A stretch of DNA of 64,000 nucleotides from Methanotrichaceae archaeon (GTDB taxonomy: Archaea; Halobacteriota; Methanosarcinia; Methanotrichales; Methanotrichaceae), in assembly GCA_963813075.1 (NCBI GenBank), contig CAWEXU010000004.1, positions 192,001 to 256,000 of the forward strand, given 5' to 3'. The notes beneath the pieces were generated by a model. It worked only from the letters and a program-made list of their open reading frames with translations. It made no database searches and was not told the DNA's origin. Shown piece after piece: positions 39,640-50,126 of the stretch. Made by a program: the position numbers and the translations under genes. How positions within the stretch are numbered: position 1 is the stretch's first letter; every line of letters begins with the position of its first letter.

Positions 39640-40084
39640 CCCCTTCGCTCTCCTGTCCGCCAAGGCGGCTTTCGTACTGCTGCATTATGCCCTGGATCTT
39701 CTGCATCTCCTGATCGATCTTGGCGAGCACTTCAGTTAGCTTTTTTGAGCCATCGAGCACCTCATTCTTCCGCAGCTTAAGTATCTCTTTGGCCTCAGCC
39801 GGGCTCTTTTCTATGCTCACGCCCGCCCCGACGTTCAGAACTACATTCTCCCTGGAGGCGAGTTTGCCGTGGATGAACGACCCAGAGCCTATGGGGACCA
39901 GGATCTCCTGACCAACCTCCGCCTCCTCCAGTGTCTCAACTGCACCCAGAGCCCTTTCCAGACCCTGAGCAGCGATTTGAGTCAGGCCGAGCTGGTGAGA
40001 GATTTCGTCCGCCTGGGCCTGGTACTGCTCATATGCGGCCAGGAGCCTTCTGATCTCCTCCTCGCTCCCAGGAGAGCTACTCAA
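39632..40084 (-). CDS. pfdA: Prefoldin alpha subunit
   Basis: EILVPIGSGSF, NVGAGVSIEK, coiled coils, conserved gene order. Confidence 0.93.
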   Translation of the reverse strand: MSSSPGSEEEIRRLLAAYEQYQAQADEISHQLGLTQIAAQGLERALGAVETLEEAEVGQEILVPIGSGSFIHGKLASRENVVLNVGAGVSIEKSPAEAKEILKLRKNEVLDGSKKLTEVLAKIDQEMQKIQGIMQQYESRLGGQESEGVV

Positions 40085-40265
40085 CTGTCTTCACCTCGTC
40101 TATCTTGATGAGGTCTCTTTTCAGACCGTGTTGACTGCCCATCAGGGAGTAGACTGTATTTACGGCATTCTTCTCGTTCTGGCTATCCACTACCTTGCTG
40201 AAAGGAAGCCAGGTCTTGCCGATAAGCCCTCCCTTATATCTCCCTTTAATCTCAAAATTGCTCAT
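40077..40265 (-). CDS. rpl18a: 50S ribosomal protein L18Ae/LX (eL20)
   Basis: FSKVV....A....YSLMGSQHGLKR..IKI. Confidence 0.9.
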   Translation of the reverse strand: MSNFEIKGRYKGGLIGKTWLPFSKVVDSQNEKNAVNTVYSLMGSQHGLKRDLIKIDEVKTVE

Positions 40266-40280
40266 GATTTTTCACCTCTA

Positions 40281-40952
40281 TTACGCCAGGAAATCCAATG
40301 CATCCTCAATTCGACCCAGCTCCGGGCCGGTGGTCTCGTCTCCTGCGAAGTAGCCGAAGCTGTTCGCCAGCAGACCTGAGCCCACCAGAGGCGAGCCGAG
40401 GTTAACTGTGCCCACGTCTACAGGCAGTTCGAATAGCTCTTCCAGCATAGCTATCTCCTCCTCCGATACCCGGGGGTGGACGAGAAGGCCTTTATTGGTG
40501 GCAACGCCAGCCATACCCACAGTCTTCAGGCCGCCTATGGTGCCCTTTTGCACCTTAACTCCCAGGGTCTCCTCTATTGTCTGGCAGGCTCTGGAGGAGA
40601 GGCCGGGATGAACCAGGGCTGCCGTGTCATTGGCTAAGATGACATTGCCGGCGGCATTGATCCTGGCAGGCAGCCTGGAGACCTTTCCGTGCTGGCGGAG
40701 GATCTTCAGGTCTTCGACATTGGCATGGCGGCTGACCACGAATCCACTTTTATTAGCAGATATAAGCGAGCCTATCACCGAGCCGATGCCAGCCGGAACA
40801 CATACCGCCAATACATGAAGCCCTTCCTCTAAAGCTGCAATGTCCTCAGCTCCGACCTGTTCTGGCAGCAGGAGCACATCATCTGTGCAGCGGGCGAATA
40901 CACCCACCAGGCTGCTGCCAGCAATCTTGGTCCTCTTAACTCTTACCGGCAA
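40281..40952 (-). CDS. eif6: Translation factor aIF-6
   Basis: AAGNVILAND, GTVNLGSPLVGSG, TTGPELGRIEDAL. Confidence 0.95.
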   Translation of the reverse strand: MPVRVKRTKIAGSSLVGVFARCTDDVLLLPEQVGAEDIAALEEGLHVLAVCVPAGIGSVIGSLISANKSGFVVSRHANVEDLKILRQHGKVSRLPARINAAGNVILANDTAALVHPGLSSRACQTIEETLGVKVQKGTIGGLKTVGMAGVATNKGLLVHPRVSEEEIAMLEELFELPVDVGTVNLGSPLVGSGLLANSFGYFAGDETTGPELGRIEDALDFLA

Positions 40953-41202
40953 ATTCTGCTTCCACTCCGCCGTCTTCGAATTTGACCGCCCGTACTCTTA
41001 CCCGCCGGGGTGGCTTCATATCCCCTCTTGCCCAGATCACCTGGTTTAAGCCGGGGTCGATCTTTACATCCTTTGCGGGGGTTTTCATATGCCGGGCAAG
41101 GTAATTCCTAATCTCTGTCATGGCCCGGTTGGACCTTCTGTAAATAGGAACGCATTTCACAATACCCAGAGGTATGGTGTAAACTCTCTCTGTGTCCGCC
41201 AT
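40936..41202 (-). CDS. rpl31e: 50S ribosomal protein L31e
   Basis: ERVYTIPL, RAM.EIR, LNQVIWARG..PPRRVRV. Confidence 0.95.
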   Translation of the reverse strand: MADTERVYTIPLGIVKCVPIYRRSNRAMTEIRNYLARHMKTPAKDVKIDPGLNQVIWARGDMKPPRRVRVRAVKFEDGGVEAEFAGKS

Positions 41203-41204
41203 TG

Positions 41205-41357
41205 TCATCTCTCTAGACTGCTTCTTCGCCAATGTCTTCTCTTGGGGTGAGCGACTACCTTCCTCATGGTCTTGACTATGACCCAGGATGGGACCCTACG
41301 ATTCTGATTGAATGCTTTGGCAAGCCTGATCTTCTTGCCCTTTAATTTCTTGGACAA
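41205..41357 (-). CDS. rpl39e: 50S ribosomal protein L39e (50 aa, absent from the ORF track)
   Basis: Manual translation from TTG after [55 protein letters not shown]. Confidence 0.95.
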   Translation of the reverse strand: MSKKLKGKKIRLAKAFNQNRRVPSWVIVKTMRKVVAHPKRRHWRRSSLER

Positions 41358-41952
41358 ATCTCTTCCTCCGAATTACTCTCGTGTGCGTATGATTGGAGGG
41401 GAAGATCCTGTCGACCTCCCTTCCGCCGTGCCTCTCTTTTAGCGCATATCTCAGGCCCACCTCAAAGTCTGAGGCAGGATGCTTCTCGGAGAGCTCCTCC
41501 TCGAAGTCCAAATAGCGCGAGGCCATGGCCCGGATGGCTCTTCCACCCAGTCCCGCCAGCGGTCTTAAGTATTGCACATGCAACCGGTCTTCCAGGCTTC
41601 GGATAGCGCCGAAATCCATCTTGGGGGCGCGATCATCTCTTCTTGTTCCATCCGCCACAAATTCGCACTCTTTTGCTATTGTCTCTACTGCAATGGGATG
41701 AATATAATTGAGAGCATCATTGGGATAGCCCGTGGACTGCAATATCTCCAGGGCTCTATTCAGGACATCCTCGCTATAGACCATTCTTCTCAGGGGATAT
41801 CCCAACTCTCCCGCTACATCTCGTGCTCTCATCCAGGAATCGTCGTGGCCAAAGCTGAAATTCACCAGCTCTATCTCCTCGAAGAATGGCTCGAGCAAAA
41901 GGGCCGCCAGACTGCTATCTTTTCCGCCGGAGAACAGGACTGCAACCTTCAT
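41296..41952 (-). CDS. PP-loop (adenine nucleotide alpha hydrolase) family protein
   Basis: [23 protein letters not shown]. Usual position between the PDCD5-like gene and rpl39e. Confidence 0.85.
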   Translation of the reverse strand: MKVAVLFSGGKDSSLAALLLEPFFEEIELVNFSFGHDDSWMRARDVAGELGYPLRRMVYSEDVLNRALEILQSTGYPNDALNYIHPIAVETIAKECEFVADGTRRDDRAPKMDFGAIRSLEDRLHVQYLRPLAGLGGRAIRAMASRYLDFEEELSEKHPASDFEVGLRYALKERHGGREVDRIFPSNHTHTRVIRRKRFVQEIKGQEDQACQSIQSES

Positions 41953-41974
41953 ATATCGACCGATTCCGAGAACT

Positions 41975-42316
41975 TCATCTTCTGGTTATGTTTATATCTC
42001 TCTTCTTGGGCTGGGCCTGAGTGAGTATCGCCTTTAGCTGCTCGTCAGTGATCGCGCCTCTCAGCCTGCCGCTTTGTGCAAGCATGATGAGCTGGGCCTC
42101 GATCTGGGAGACGAACTCAGGCCTGGTCATGCGAATGGCATTCATCCTTTCGCGAGCCTCGGGAGTGAGGATAGTCCTCATTAAGGCCGCCTTCTTGGCC
42201 TCCATCTCCTGCTGGGCCTGCTCCTGCTGAACGGCAGCCATTTGTGAATCCGACTGCTGTCTTTGGATCTGCTCCAGCCTCTTTCGTCTCAGTTCTGCAA
42301 GCTCATCATCAGCCAT
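41975..42316 (-). CDS. PDCD5-like DNA-binding protein (MTH1615 family)
   Basis: [29 protein letters not shown]...ITDEQLK.IL. Confidence 0.92.
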   Translation of the reverse strand: MADDELAELRRKRLEQIQRQQSDSQMAAVQQEQAQQEMEAKKAALMRTILTPEARERMNAIRMTRPEFVSQIEAQLIMLAQSGRLRGAITDEQLKAILTQAQPKKRDINITRR

Positions 42317-42330
42317 TGTTTGATTCCTCC

Positions 42331-42798
42331 TTATGCTGTCGATTCTGCGGCTGGTTCGGATGCGGGTGCAATTGAAGCCTCTTTTTGGCTGGCCACCTTA
42401 TGGGCTATGCCGTCGAGGAATGCCTGGCCCTCTGGGGTCATCTGGCGTCCCTTCTTCAGCTTCTTAACCAGGCCTGCCTTCTCCAGCTGCTGCAGGGATT
42501 CTCTTACCACCGAGCCGCTGCCCTTGGCAAAGGCCCCGGTAGCCACTCCCTTGCGCTTCTTTCCGCCGTAGAATGTTCTGAGCCGGGATACTCCCACAGG
42601 CCCATCGATATATATTCTGCGCAGAATGGATGCCGACCTCACGAACCACCAGTCTGGATTGGTGGGTGGCATCTCCCTATTTACCCCAGTCTTGGCAAAT
42701 TCAGCCCAAACAGGCGGCTGGACCTTGCCCGCTGCCTTCAGCTCTAAAGCTGCGGCGGCTATCAAGTCATGGGGAGGTACGTCGTAAACAGTTGTCAA
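42331..42798 (-). CDS. rps19e: 30S ribosomal protein S19e
   Basis: TVYDVP, FAKTG..EMPP...[23 protein letters not shown]. Confidence 0.97.
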   Translation of the reverse strand: MTTVYDVPPHDLIAAAALELKAAGKVQPPVWAEFAKTGVNREMPPTNPDWWFVRSASILRRIYIDGPVGVSRLRTFYGGKKRKGVATGAFAKGSGSVVRESLQQLEKAGLVKKLKKGRQMTPEGQAFLDGIAHKVASQKEASIAPASEPAAESTA

Positions 42799-42852
42799 TT
42801 TTTCAATCCTCCGAGATGATAAGGAACAAACCAGAACCCTTACGCCAAAACA

Positions 42853-42870
42853 AGTATAAATGCTTTTTCA
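42853..42870 (-). promoter_or_regulatory. Putative BRE/TATA promoter of the rps19e-ftsY cluster
   Basis: Minus strand GAAAAAGCATTTATAC, about 55 nt upstream of rps19e. Confidence 0.55.
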
Positions 42871-43222
42871 AGGTTTTTCTGCCCCCGGCATCTGAGCAAT
42901 GCTCAGTAGGGCGAGATTCATCAGGCTTTTCATCGATATCCGTCTTATGGTTATCGTCTTTTAAGCGGTGTTGCCAGGGCAGAAAAGGTGCTTGTACCCT
43001 GAGACTGACCCGTCAGGAGGATTCTCTTTAAGTTCGATGAAAATTTGCAGATTTGCATACCTGTTGGTGATGATATCGGTTTTCGTCTGGAAAGCGAGCG
43101 GATAAGTGGCCATAAAGTTCTTATTTTTTGAGATCATTGGAGCAGCCACTAATATCAAAAAATCAAATAAAGGTGTATAAAGCAAATGGGATTAATGTCT
43201 TCTCAGGCCAGCCCGGAAAATT

Positions 43223-44917
43223 GTGGATAGCATGATTTGGGATCTGCTTATTGCGGTGGTTCCAGCCGTAATCCTATTCCTTTACGGCATTGAGAACTTC
43301 TCGGAGGAGGTCCGGCATGTAGCCGGCGAACGCTTCCGAACCACTCTGCAGAAGGCGACGAGAACCTCTCTTCGTGGTGCACTCGCCGGTGCCGTGGTCA
43401 CCGCCCTGATCCAGTCCAGCACCGCCACCACCATCATCGCCGTAGGCCTGGTGAACGCGGGAGCGATCTCCTTTCTGGCATCACTGGGCCTCGTCATCGG
43501 TGCCAATGTGGGCACCACCCTGACTGCGCAGCTGGTCGCCTTCAAGCTGACTGCATTTGCCCCGTTGATCGTCATCGCCGGGTTCATGCTGAGCCTGATT
43601 CGCAGCCCTTATAGAGCCTATGGAAAGCCGGTATTCTATTTCGGCCTGGTGTTCTACAGCCTCAACCTGATCTCTTCTGTAGTCGCTCCCCTGCAGGATG
43701 ATCCTGAGGTCCTCTCATTGCTCTCCATGACGGACGATGTCCTGATAGCAATTGTCATCGGCTTTATCATCACAAACCTATTCCAGTCCAGCTCGGTCAC
43801 CACTGGTCTAATCGTGGTCATGGCCCAAAGCGGCCTGATCACCGCCGCTCAGGCCATTCCGGTTCTGCTGGGAGCCAATATCGGCACTTCAACCACCGGC
43901 CTCGTGGTATCCCTGAGCATGAACACCGCCGCCAAGCGCACCGCCACTGCCCAGTTCCTCTTCAATTTCCTTGGCGTCCTGCTCTTTTTGCCCTTCATAG
44001 ACAGCTTCTCCCTGCTTATCGAGGGCATAGGGGGCACAGCCGCCCAGCAGGTGGCCAATGCCCATCTAATTTTCAACTTCACCTGTGCCGCGATCTTTCT
44101 GCTGGCCATAAAGCCCTTCAGCAGCCTGATCATGCACATCCTGCCCCAAAAGGATGGGGAGATAGTCTTTGTCACCGAGCACATCACCTCCAAGCTGCCG
44201 GATGACATCCCTCTTGCGGAGTCTTTAGTGGAACGGGAGATCGTGCATATGCTCAGCATCTGCAAGGATATCTTCGATAGCACCCTGAAGGTGGCTGAGG
44301 GGAGCACCGATATGTGCTCGAGAATTGCCCATTTGCGGGACTACGTCGATTATCTGCGCACGCAGGTCATGTCTGCAATCCTCATTCTGACCAATCGTGA
44401 CATCTCCGTGGAAGAGGCGGCTCATGTTGCCATTCTGGCAAGGGTCGCCGATCTGGCCACCCTGATGGCCCATCGGATGACCTCCATGGCCAGGAGCTTC
44501 GAGCAGATGAACGAGAAGAAAATCGCCCTATCCCCGGAATCCCTGAAGGGAATCGAGGACATGGCCGCCCCCTGCAGGGAAAATATCCAGTTACTTATGA
44601 ACGTATTTCCCCAGATGCCGGAGTATATCGACAGAAAGATGCGCTCCAATGACGAGCAGCTCCGCCAGGTGCTCAACTGGCACTACAAGACTTACCTCAT
44701 TCGCCTGGTGGCGAAGAGCACATCTGGCGGCATATTCTCCGAGATCCTCTTCTCCTTCGAGAGGATAGGATCCATCATAAGAGAGCTGAGGAAGACCTCA
44801 AAGACAATGGGAATTCCAGCATCTGCCGTCCATATGCCTGATCTGATCGATCCCAACCATGAAAACGGCATTGAAAGCGACGCCATAGAGAGCGACCCTG
44901 AGCATCGGCTTGTTTAG
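43223..44917 (+). CDS. Na/Pi cotransporter family protein with PhoU-like C-terminus
   Basis: Two repeats: IQSSTATT..GANVGTT and FQSSSVTT..GANIGTS. Confidence 0.9.
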   Translation: MDSMIWDLLIAVVPAVILFLYGIENFSEEVRHVAGERFRTTLQKATRTSLRGALAGAVVTALIQSSTATTIIAVGLVNAGAISFLASLGLVIGANVGTTLTAQLVAFKLTAFAPLIVIAGFMLSLIRSPYRAYGKPVFYFGLVFYSLNLISSVVAPLQDDPEVLSLLSMTDDVLIAIVIGFIITNLFQSSSVTTGLIVVMAQSGLITAAQAIPVLLGANIGTSTTGLVVSLSMNTAAKRTATAQFLFNFLGVLLFLPFIDSFSLLIEGIGGTAAQQVANAHLIFNFTCAAIFLLAIKPFSSLIMHILPQKDGEIVFVTEHITSKLPDDIPLAESLVEREIVHMLSICKDIFDSTLKVAEGSTDMCSRIAHLRDYVDYLRTQVMSAILILTNRDISVEEAAHVAILARVADLATLMAHRMTSMARSFEQMNEKKIALSPESLKGIEDMAAPCRENIQLLMNVFPQMPEYIDRKMRSNDEQLRQVLNWHYKTYLIRLVAKSTSGGIFSEILFSFERIGSIIRELRKTSKTMGIPASAVHMPDLIDPNHENGIESDAIESDPEHRLV

Positions 44918-46200
44918 AGGTTCCGCATCAATGCCGCGGTAATCAGCAGCAAGGCTATAGGTATCACATATTTTGTGAGGTTGCGAAGAATTCTGAGCCA
45001 CCCATCCGAGAGATGGACCTGGCCAGCCAGTATATCGTCATCCGTCAGCCATCTGAAGGTTATGGCTACCAGCAGAGCGGCAATGGGAAGTCCGATCGTC
45101 CCCACAGTCACATCCAGGAGGTCCAGGATCCTTGATCCATACAGGCTCAGGTCAAAAGAGCTGTAGCTCAGGGCAGAGGGGGTGCCCGCGACCGCCAGGA
45201 GGATCATCAGAAAGATGCTCGCTTTTCTTCTGCTGGCACCGGTCTGGCCCATGATGGCAGCCACATTCATCTCCATCATGGATATCGCCGAGGTCAGGGC
45301 GGCAGAGAAGAGAAGAGCGAAGAAGGCCACGGAGAAGATCTGGCCGTAAGGCATCAGTTCAAATGCTCTGGGCAGGGTGGAGAAGGCAAGCTCTGCTCCT
45401 GAGGCCGGCTCCAGGCCGAAGGTGAAGACCAGCGAGAAGATGGCTATACCTGCCAGCATAGCGGCCAGAAGATCGGAGAAGGTGATGATCAACGCTGACT
45501 GCGGTATATTCATATCATCCTCCAGGTAGGCGCCATAGGTGATGAGAATGCCCATGCCTACTGACAGGGAGAAGAATGCCTGGCCCAATGCGGCGCTCCA
45601 TACTTCCGGACGGCTGAGCAGGGAATAATCCGGCCGGAGAAAGAAGTCCATGCCGGGGCGAAATCCGGGGAGGCTCAGGCAGAATATGGCTAAAGCCACT
45701 AAAATGAGGAAAGCGAACGGGATCATAACCGATACGATCTTCTCAATTCCAGCTTTCACCCCCAGGCTCACAATCAATCCAGTGGCAAAAACTGAGATCA
45801 GGAAATAGGCAATCGGCTGCAGCGTTGAGCTGAAGGCAGAAAAGGTGACCTCGATATTCAGAAGAGAGAAGACCAGATATGCCAGGGTCCAGCCCATTAT
45901 GACCAGGTAGTAGCTCAGTATCAAGAGGACTATCAGGCAGATCAGCCAGCCGATGACCTCAAACTTTTTTCCGGCCCGGCCAAAGGAGGCGACCAGATTT
46001 CTCCTCCAGTGCCTTCCCACCGCCATCTCCAGGATCATTAAAGGGACGGCGAGGCCCAATACGGCCAAAAAATAGGGGATTAGATAGGCTCCGCCTCCAT
46101 TCTGTCCCACCACCATTGGGAAGCGCCAGATATTGCCTATGCCCACCGCGGACCCTATGGCGGCCAGGACGAAGACCAGGCGAGAAGACCATCTATCCAA
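44914..46200 (-). CDS. Sodium-dependent transporter, NSS/SNF family
   Basis: GSAVGIGNIWRFP...NGGGAYLIPY, GQAFFSLSVGMG, AALTSAIS. Confidence 0.94.
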   Translation of the reverse strand: MDRWSSRLVFVLAAIGSAVGIGNIWRFPMVVGQNGGGAYLIPYFLAVLGLAVPLMILEMAVGRHWRRNLVASFGRAGKKFEVIGWLICLIVLLILSYYLVIMGWTLAYLVFSLLNIEVTFSAFSSTLQPIAYFLISVFATGLIVSLGVKAGIEKIVSVMIPFAFLILVALAIFCLSLPGFRPGMDFFLRPDYSLLSRPEVWSAALGQAFFSLSVGMGILITYGAYLEDDMNIPQSALIITFSDLLAAMLAGIAIFSLVFTFGLEPASGAELAFSTLPRAFELMPYGQIFSVAFFALLFSAALTSAISMMEMNVAAIMGQTGASRRKASIFLMILLAVAGTPSALSYSSFDLSLYGSRILDLLDVTVGTIGLPIAALLVAITFRWLTDDDILAGQVHLSDGWLRILRNLTKYVIPIALLLITAALMRNL

Positions 46201-46208
46201 TTCTTTAA

Positions 46209-47066
46209 TCAGGCCTTCTTTTCTGCTCTAACTATCAGAACAGGACGGTTGGCGATCCTGGCGGTCTCATAGGTCGTGCTGCCGACAACCATCTGCTCCA
46301 GCCAGCCGGCACCGTGGGAGCTCATGGCGATCAATGATGCATCTTCGCTGTCTGCCAGAGAGCTGATCTCATGCGGTGCATCTCCCGCCTTGACATGGGC
46401 TACAACCTTCAGGCCTGGCCTCTCAATCTCCTTGACGATAGAGTTGAGCTTGCTGCCAGCCTCCCGGACGGCAGCATCGATCTGCTCGTCGCTCTCACCG
46501 CTGGATACGACATAGACCAGTCCGATCTCGCCCACCTCTTTCATGCCTTTGATGACGGATATCGCTTGCTTTGCGGGATCTGAGAAGTCGGTGGGGCAAA
46601 TGACCCTGGTAAAGAGACTCCTGCAGAACCGGCCCAGGTCATCTCCCTCCAGGACCTTGTATCGCATTATCAAAAGATCGGTTTTCCCATAGCGCAGGAC
46701 ATCGCGGGAGACGCTCCCCAGGAATAGGCCGCTTATCCGTCCTTTTCCCCGCGCCCCCACCATTATCAGTGTGGCATTCTCCTCATCTGCTACCCTCTGG
46801 ATGGTCCTGGCGATACTTCCCTCCATTATCGTCTCCACCCTGGTTTTCACATCGATCCGCAGGGCTTCTAGGTAGCGTTTCTGCTCTTCGATCTTCTTCG
46901 TGGCTTCAGCGACCTCGGCAGCCGGGTCCCATACTCGCTCCACGGTCTTTCTCTGAATCACATGCAAAAGCACCACAGCCTTCTCGCCGGGGAGCTCGGC
47001 TATGCACTCAAGCAAGTTCTGCGAATACCTGGAAAAGTCGGTTGGAATAAGAATTCTCTTGAACAT
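46209..47066 (-). CDS. Tandem universal stress protein
   Basis: ILIPTDFS..GARGKG..LGSVS and ICPTDFS..SSHGAG..VGST. Confidence 0.92.
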   Translation of the reverse strand: MFKRILIPTDFSRYSQNLLECIAELPGEKAVVLLHVIQRKTVERVWDPAAEVAEATKKIEEQKRYLEALRIDVKTRVETIMEGSIARTIQRVADEENATLIMVGARGKGRISGLFLGSVSRDVLRYGKTDLLIMRYKVLEGDDLGRFCRSLFTRVICPTDFSDPAKQAISVIKGMKEVGEIGLVYVVSSGESDEQIDAAVREAGSKLNSIVKEIERPGLKVVAHVKAGDAPHEISSLADSEDASLIAMSSHGAGWLEQMVVGSTTYETARIANRPVLIVRAEKKA

Positions 47067-47163
47067 AATGGCATTTAGGCTCAACAGTTTATCAATGTAG
47101 TGGTGTTATGTGTAGTGGTATTAAGTGGAAGCCTTATTATCAGGGAACTTGAACTGATTGAGC

Positions 47164-48090
47164 ATGTTCGTGAAGAGGCATGTGCTCAGCATGCGAGAGT
47201 TTTCCAAAGAGGAGATCGATTCCGTCCTGGACCTTGCCCAGTCCCTGGAGCCCCTGGCTCGGGGCAAGAAGAGCAGTATGCTCGCCGGCCGGATTTTGGC
47301 TCTCCTCTTCTTCGAGCCCTCAACCAGAACCCGAATGTCCTTTGAAACCGCGATGAAAAGGCTGGGAGGAAGCGTGATCAACCTCGGTCCGGCAGAAGGC
47401 AGCTCCATCTCCAAGGGCGAGTCGCTGGCGGATACCGTCCGGGTGATAGGGGGCTACGCTGATGCCCTGGTCATCCGCCATCCCAAGGAGGGCTCAGCCC
47501 GTCTGGCCTCCCAGTTCTCGCCTGTGCCGGTTCTCAACGCCGGGGACGGGGCGGGTCACCACCCCACCCAGACCCTGCTGGACCTGTATACCATCAGAAA
47601 GGAGAGCCGCCTGGAGAATTTGCATATCGCCCTGGTTGGCGATCTGAAGTACGGCCGCACCGTCCATTCTCTGGCTTATGCCCTCTCCCTTTATGGAGCA
47701 GACATCACCCTGGTATCGCCACCCACCCTGAGGATGCCCGATCCCATCAAGACCGACCTTTCCAGCAAGGGCACCATTGTGCGCGAGACATCAGACCTGG
47801 GAGAGGTGATAGACCATGTGGATGTGCTCTATATGACCCGCATCCAGAAAGAGAGGTTCCCTGACCCGGTGGAGTACCAGAAGGTGGCCAGCAGCTACCG
47901 TATCACCCCGGAATCCTTAGCCGGCTCGCAGGAGAATCTGATCATCATGCACCCCCTTCCCCGGGTGGATGAGATCGCCCCCTCGGTTGATGATACGGCA
48001 CATGCTCGCTACTTCCAGCAGTCCTTTTACGGGGTCCCGGTGAGAATGGCTCTATTGAAGATGCTCCTTGAAGGTGATCAGGTTGACTGA
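47164..48090 (+). CDS. pyrB: Aspartate carbamoyltransferase catalytic subunit
   Basis: FFEPSTRTRMSF, HPTQTLLD, GDLKYGRTVHSL, MHPLPRVDEI. Confidence 0.97.
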   Translation: MFVKRHVLSMREFSKEEIDSVLDLAQSLEPLARGKKSSMLAGRILALLFFEPSTRTRMSFETAMKRLGGSVINLGPAEGSSISKGESLADTVRVIGGYADALVIRHPKEGSARLASQFSPVPVLNAGDGAGHHPTQTLLDLYTIRKESRLENLHIALVGDLKYGRTVHSLAYALSLYGADITLVSPPTLRMPDPIKTDLSSKGTIVRETSDLGEVIDHVDVLYMTRIQKERFPDPVEYQKVASSYRITPESLAGSQENLIIMHPLPRVDEIAPSVDDTAHARYFQQSFYGVPVRMALLKMLLEGDQVD

Positions 48091-48571
48091 ATTGGATAGA
48101 ATTAAGGAAGAGCCCCGAGGGCTGCGGGTAAAGCCCATCAATAATGGGACGGTGATCGACCACATCGCCGGCGGCCAGGCGTTGAACGTCCTCAAGATCC
48201 TGGGCATATCCGGCACCACTGACGCCACGGTTTCCGTGGTGATGAATGTCGAGAGCAAGAAGCTGGGCAAGAAGGATATAGTCAAGGTCGAGGACCGGGA
48301 GCTGCGAGAGGAGGAACTGAACCGGATCGCTCTGATCGCTCCGGCAGCTTCCATCAATATCATCCGCAACTGCAAGGTGATTGAGAAGAGGCCGGTGGAT
48401 CTGCCCGATGAGATAGTGGGCGTGGTGCGCTGCCAGAATCCCAACTGCATATCCAATACCTATGAGCCGATAAAATCCCGAATGCTGGTCAAGGCCAAAA
48501 ATCCGGTGTCTCTCCGCTGCCTTTACTGCGAGCAGCCCCTCACCGAGAGCATAGCAGAATACTTGATCTGA
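48083..48571 (+). CDS. pyrI: Aspartate carbamoyltransferase regulatory subunit
   Basis: GTVIDHI, KKDIVKVE, CQNPNCI, CLYCE. Confidence 0.96.
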   Translation: MTELDRIKEEPRGLRVKPINNGTVIDHIAGGQALNVLKILGISGTTDATVSVVMNVESKKLGKKDIVKVEDRELREEELNRIALIAPAASINIIRNCKVIEKRPVDLPDEIVGVVRCQNPNCISNTYEPIKSRMLVKAKNPVSLRCLYCEQPLTESIAEYLI

Positions 48572-48686
48572 GGAGAGAGAGTTAGCGGTCTGAGACGGTT
48601 GGGGATGCGAAAGTATAAGATAGGATCGGGCAAAAAAAGGCCCCAGGTTGAGAACAAGGCTTCGCAATATCAGGATGGATATAGAT

Positions 48687-49469
48687 ATGACAGTTAAAAT
48701 TGGCGATTTCATCAGAATTGACTATACAGAGTACGTTGATGGCCAGGCAATAGCCACCACCGATAAGGATATGGCTACCGAAAAGGGAATTTTCAGCGAG
48801 GAGATCCAGTACGGCCCCCACCTGGTGGTGTTGGGAGCAGGTCAGCTGGTCAAAGGCTTTGAGGATGACCTGATCGGCAAGGAGATAGGCTACACAGGAA
48901 GGGTGGAGCTGGGACCGGAGAACGCCTTCGGACTGCATGACCCCAAGAATATCGAGATGGTGCCGCTGAACCGGTTCAAGGAGGAAAGACCTGTTCCCGG
49001 AATGCGGGTGGGAATGGAAAACCGGACGGGAATCGTCACCAGGGTGATCGGCAGAAAGGTGAGCGTAGACTTCAACCATCCTCTGGCAGGAAGGACCGTG
49101 GTCTACGAGTACACCATAAGAGAAATGGTCGAGGACCAGATCGAGAGGCTAAAAGCCCTCATCAAGACCTTTGGCCGGATGGATCTGGAGGCGGAGATAA
49201 AGGATGAGGTGGCGGTGATAACCGTCCCCTGGGAGTTGAGCTATTATAAAGAGTGGCTTATGATCCGGCGCGGCCTGGCAGATATGATCATCCAGCATCT
49301 GGGCATGAAAGAGGTTCACTATATCGAGAAGCATACCGGAGAGAAGGTCAGAGCTGAGCTCATCTCGCCCCCAGGAAAAGAGGCAGAGGCAGGATCCGAG
49401 GTGCCCTCTGATATGGAATCCAAGCCTGATGAGTCGGATTCTACCTTAGAGGATACAAAAGCGGTCTGA
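48687..49469 (+). CDS. slyD: FKBP-type peptidyl-prolyl isomerase (long archaeal SlyD type)
   Basis: GDFIRIDYT, LGAGQLVKGFE, VDFNHPLAGRTVVY. Confidence 0.92.
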   Translation: MTVKIGDFIRIDYTEYVDGQAIATTDKDMATEKGIFSEEIQYGPHLVVLGAGQLVKGFEDDLIGKEIGYTGRVELGPENAFGLHDPKNIEMVPLNRFKEERPVPGMRVGMENRTGIVTRVIGRKVSVDFNHPLAGRTVVYEYTIREMVEDQIERLKALIKTFGRMDLEAEIKDEVAVITVPWELSYYKEWLMIRRGLADMIIQHLGMKEVHYIEKHTGEKVRAELISPPGKEAEAGSEVPSDMESKPDESDSTLEDTKAV

Positions 49470-49487
49470 GAAGAAGAGAAGAAAACA

Positions 49488-49640
49488 TTTTTTTTTCAGA
49501 GCCTCGACCCAAATGATCTGCATCTTATCGAGGCGAGATGCCCGGCGGCAATTTTTCCTGCCGGGCCCATCACCTTATGCCCGCACCCAGATATGTCTCT
49601 TGAGATAGCTCCCTGGTTTTTTTATTTTTTTTTTATTTTT
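49488..49640. terminator. T-tracts and hairpins between convergent genes
   Basis: T-run at about 49488, GCCTCGA/TCGAGGC and GCCCGGC/GCCGGGC inverted repeats, long T-tract at about 49617-49640. Confidence 0.5.
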
Positions 49641-49670
49641 ATATTCGTAATGAGTATTCGTGGTGTGTAT

Positions 49671-50126
49671 CTAGCGGAAGAACATTCCGCCAGGGTACGA
49701 TGACCAGGACCAGCTGCTCGAGTAGTAGTACGTGGTCGAGCCCAGTCCGTAGACATTCACTGCCCACCAGGGGTCGTAAACCACCGGATCGTAGTATGCC
49801 ACGGGAGTGGTTACCACGGGGGTTGTTACCACTGGAGCGGTATATGTGTAGACGGGAGAGTAGGTCTGGTAATAGTAGGCCGGATAGTAGTAGGTCGGGT
49901 AGTAGCTGTAGGTATAGGTCGGATAGTAGCTGTAGGTGTAGTAGTATCCTCCCGGGTTGAGCCAGTCGTAGAAACCGCCATAGTCATGATGATCATAACC
50001 ATCAGATGGTTTTCCGTGATGAGGATATCCGTCCTGACCCTCAAAGGCTGCCCCTACGGCGACCAAGAGTCCCAATGCGAGCACTGTCAATATCAACTTG
50101 ATTGCTTTTATTTCTGATTCCTCCAT
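49671..50126 (-). CDS. Secreted Tyr/Pro/Thr-rich low-complexity protein
   Basis: Signal-peptide-like N-terminus, TYSYYPTY repeats, PVVTT repeats. Confidence 0.7.
   Translation of the reverse strand: MEESEIKAIKLILTVLALGLLVAVGAAFEGQDGYPHHGKPSDGYDHHDYGGFYDWLNPGGYYYTYSYYPTYTYSYYPTYYYPAYYYQTYSPVYTYTAPVVTTPVVTTPVAYYDPVVYDPWWAVNVYGLGSTTYYYSSSWSWSSYPGGMFFR

Noticed and set aside
42890..42945. C/D box sRNA, hammerhead or fluoride riboswitch (minus strand CGATGA..CTGATGA..CTGA)
   Set aside because: Box spacing is non-canonical, I could not identify a guide target, and the remaining consensus elements are absent
42961..43185. 74-aa minus-strand ORF
   Set aside because: No ribosome-binding site or motif, and it lies in a divergent promoter region
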